DNA of 64,000 bases from Camelus ferus (lineage: Eukaryota). The notes under the pieces are model-generated. The model had not been told where the DNA came from, searched no databases, and worked only from the letters and a program-made list of their open reading frames with translations. Positions 60,490 through 64,000 of this stretch are shown here, one piece after another. Positions within the stretch are counted from its first letter, which is position 1. Every line of letters starts with the position of its first letter. A program made the position numbers and the translations under genes. The stretch lies in NCBI RefSeq assembly GCF_009834535.1, contig NC_045696.1:119228001-119292000 (forward strand), in the 5' to 3' direction.

Positions 60490-61545
60490 AGACCACCCCT
60501 GTTCACCCGACACCCGTGGGCTCCTGTACTTCACAGCCCCTCTTGTAGTTGGGGGCCATGTGACTGGGTTCTGGCCAACGGGACATGAGCAAGTGTGATG
60601 CAATCCACTCTGGGCCTCACCTTTTTTATTTTTTTAATTAAGTACAGTCAGTTACAATGTGTCAATTTCTGGTGTACAGCACAATGTCCCAGTCATGCAT
60701 ATGCATACATATATTCGTTTTCATTTTTTTTATTAAAGATTATTACAAGATACTGAACATAGTTCCCTGTGCTATACAGAAAAAACTTTTTAAAATCTGT
60801 TTTTATATATAGTGGCTAACATTTGTAAATCTCAAACTGCCGAATTTATTCCTTCCTACCTCCTTTCCCTGGTAACCATAATACTGTTTACTATGTCTGT
60901 GAGTCTGTTTCTGTTTTGTAGATGAGTTCATGGTGTCTTTTTTTTTTTTTTTTGGTTTCACATATGAGTGATATGGTATATTTCTTTCTCTTTCTGGCTT
61001 CACTTAGAATTATGAACTCCAGGTCCATCCATCTTGTTGCAAATGCCATTATTTTATTCCTTTTTATGGCTGAGTAATATTCCATTGTATAAATACACCA
61101 CAGCTTCTTTATCCAGTCATCTGTTGATGGACATTTAGGTTGCTTCCATGTCTTGGGTATTGTAAATAGTGCTGCTATGAACATTGGGGTGCATGTACCT
61201 TTTCTAATTGGAAGAGTTCCCTCTGGATATATACCCAGAAGTGGGATGGCTGGATCATATGGTAAGTCTATTTTTAGTTTTCTTGAGGAAACTCCATACT
61301 GTTTCCCATCAGCAGTGTAGGAGGGTTCCCTTTTCTCCACACCCTCTCCATCATTTATCATTCATGGACGTTTGAATGATGTGGGCCCCACATTTAAAAG
61401 CATCTCATGCTGCCCAGCCCTCCCTTATCCCACACCCTTGGCAAGTTCAAGATGGACTGTGACCTGAAGGATAAGTAAACCTTTGCTAGCCCCTGAGATG
61501 ATGAAGTTTATCAGAAGCACAGCATATCCCATCCCGACTAATAGA
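60490..61545. mobile_element. MLT1-type MaLR LTR split by an L1
   Basis: cttcacagcccctcttgtagttgggggccatgtgactgggttctggccaa before the L1; taaacctttgc..cctgaga..cagcata..gactaata after it. Confidence 0.6.
60625..61381 (-). mobile_element. Young 5'-truncated L1 (ORF2 C-terminus + 3' UTR)
   Basis: GEGVEKREPSYT..LKIDLPYDPAIPLLGIYP..FIAALFTIPKTWKQPKCPSTDDWIKKLW. Imperfect TSD tgggcc(t/c)cac(c/a)ttt at 60611-60624 and 61382-61395. Confidence 0.93.
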
Positions 61546-64000
61546 AATACTGGGGTAATGTTTCTAAAGTCTTAAGGTATTTGTTAGTGGTTTAAAAGTC
61601 ACACAACGGTGAACGTGAGTCCCACCCTTGTCTGAATATTTTCACATCTCTAAGTAGATCACCCTTCACCAGAGTTAATGCTTAATGGGACTAGATTTAA
61701 GAAAACGCTGGAAGGAGACATTCTAATTAATTTCTCAGAAGCACGCTTTATCAGTCCCCTAATCTAAACATATTAATCAAGCCCATTCTAAAGCACAAGT
61801 CAGGGTTCAGGATGAGCTCTCAGGGAGCAGTGGAATACAGTTAGGAGTAGGAATATGCTGACAGAGCTCACTGCCCACCCCCAGTGCGGGCTGGGCTGGC
61901 CCTGGGGGACCATCCTGCTGGGCTCACCCCAGCATGCTGGGAGCAGCAGTTGGGATTCAAGATGAGGTGGCGAGAGGGCTGGGGAGAGGGGATGGGGAAG
62001 GAGGGCTAGGGCACAGGCAGCCTGGAGGCAGCTGGGAACAACTCCCTGGGGGTCTCAGCGGCCCTGCGAGGGTTGCTGATGCTGCGTGAGCAGGGCAGGG
62101 CGGCCTCCCGGGGGAGTCCGGTTCTGCACCTGCTCCCAGAGTGGCGGCATCCCGTCAGACCCAAAGGCGGGACCCAGCAAGCCCTCCACTGGGGTTCTCG
62201 GTGACTGTGGCCGGAGAAGGAAGCAGGGCGGTGTGCACAGGTTCCTGTTAACTGTCACTTAAGACCTGCTGGCTGCGGGTTGCTGGTCTCAGCACCCACA
62301 AGAGGAGCGCCTGCAAGAGGAGCCCCTGTGCATTCATGTGGGCACGTGGGGTCGGTTTCCTCTCTAGACGTGCAGTTCGAACTCCCACCCAGAGTGCTGA
62401 GTGCTGGAAAGCGATGGAGACGGACCCAGTCCTGGCTCCCCTGGGCCCCCCGCAGACCCTGAGTAGTTGCCCCAGTGGTTGTAACTGTGCTGATTGGTAC
62501 TGGCCGTGGAGAAGCGGGCTGCCATGAAGGCAGGCATGGGCCGGGGGTGCGCCCGCCCGGGACAGACTTGCAGAGGGAGTCAGCGAGCTAGGCTGAGACC
62601 TGAAGGCAGAGGTCAGGTGAGCCGTCCTGGGGAAGGCAGCCTGCCTGCTGGTGAAGAGCCCCCAAATGATTTTAATGGTGATGCTGGCAGTTACAGAAAA
62701 CTGTGTCTTGGAAATGAGGTAAAGGACTTTGTTCAATCCAGAGGTGGTTTAAAAACTCAGGCTCCATGTTGGCTGACTGAGGAAAGAAGAAAAGTTTTTC
62801 AGCCTATCACTAATATAGTAAAACCTACACTTCTGTATTTAAATGGGTAGCTCACTAATCATTAAACTCAATGTGGCTTTGCATTTTTCTGCTGCCTCCA
62901 AATAATATAAAGGCTCAATGATGTTAAGAAATAGATTTCACTTACCAGGGTATTAAAATGCTTCCTGTGGTGGACCTCTATGTGTGTGCACCTTCAGTCC
63001 TGGGTCTTTTTGATTCTTCCATGAAAAAAACAAGTAAATCATCTTGGAAGGGAGGACAGCCAGCAAGCCTGCCAGTTTCTGGATTCACAAAATGCCTAAG
63101 TTACTGATCTGCCTAAAACTTCCTTTTCTTGCAGCTGGGGATCTATCCATTTAGCCCCTGTCTCAGTCTAGCCCACCTGAAGCCCCAACAGGCAGATGTT
63201 GTCAGTTTTCTTCCTTACTAATGGTGAAGCTACCATTTCTCTTGAGCCCCAACTCCAGAATTTAATCAGCAGGACCGTGCAAGAGTCCTCTACATCAAAC
63301 CAGACTTTCCCCTTGTTCCAGCCCCAGGCAATTTCTTTTTCTTCTGTCAATGTGGGAGATGCAAACAACAGTCACTGAAATGATTAATCAAATATTTGAA
63401 GACGGTTGAGACACTCCATGGTCATCACTCATCAGAATGGCCAACCTCAACTCCCCTTGGTCTCTAAGGCCTGTTTTCCCATCATGAAATTGTAGAACGG
63501 TGAAGCTGTAAGGGATTTTAAGTTGGCAGAGTCTTACCCACTTGACAGATGAGGAAAGCAGGTCATGGAGAGAAATGGGGGCAAGTCATGTGGGAAGCAA
63601 GTTGTAGAAACGGAGGATTCAGGTCTCTCTGCCTGGCGCCACGTTCTTTCCATCAGACCACACAGCCAACCACGCTCTTGTCTTGTTCTTGGCTTCTCTA
63701 GGCTCTTACAGTCTCTAACAACAGAGAGACTCAGTTGGATTAAAAAACTCTCATCAACTGGGATGCTGTGCTAGTGGGGTGCTCTGGTTAATCGAGACTC
63801 TCTAAAAAGATGGAGAGTCCACCCATGAGTGGCTGGGAGGATTTTAGAATAGGTCCAAGTCTGTTGAGGGGACGTCCCCTGAGAGGAGAGGAAGGAGGTC
63901 GGGTCCCACAGGTCTGGCTTTGTCACTCCCAGCCAGGTAACTGTGGGCGGGCCATCCAACCACTTCCCCTCATTTCCTTGTAGGTAAAATGAGACAGTAT

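Noticed and set aside
57600..64000. OXNAD1 coding exons expected downstream on the minus strand
   Set aside because: No oxidoreductase-like peptide is recognisable; the gene probably lies beyond the window.

Overview
Mammalian genomic DNA, very likely a camelid (alpaca/llama/camel), judged from 14 copies of a tRNA-derived Vic-1-type SINE. The window holds the 3' half of RFTN1 (raftlin) on the + strand as six coding exons: 2896-3226, 10139-10342, 20320-20435, 44200-44303, 46299-46377 and 56160-56531 (probably exons 5-10 by human numbering, from memory). All splice sites are canonical GT-AG with matching phases, and there is a likely poly(A) signal at 57507. The rest is intron or intergenic sequence rich in SINEs, L1 fragments, MaLR/ERV LTRs and old DNA transposons. 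Almost all other ORFs in the track are chance ORFs in GC-rich DNA. I found no convincing new biological system. The best leads are: a TSD-flanked L1 that joins the ORF1 end almost directly to the ORF2 end (EN/RT missing); an intact antisense ERV1-type solo LTR with a perfect octamer; a 204-nt symmetric exon between inverted SINEs that would give a stop-free circle; an NFAT-RUNX-NFAT palindrome; and a pair of long overlapping opposite-strand ORFs in the last intron. Repeat family names are by recognition only and repeat boundaries are approximate.
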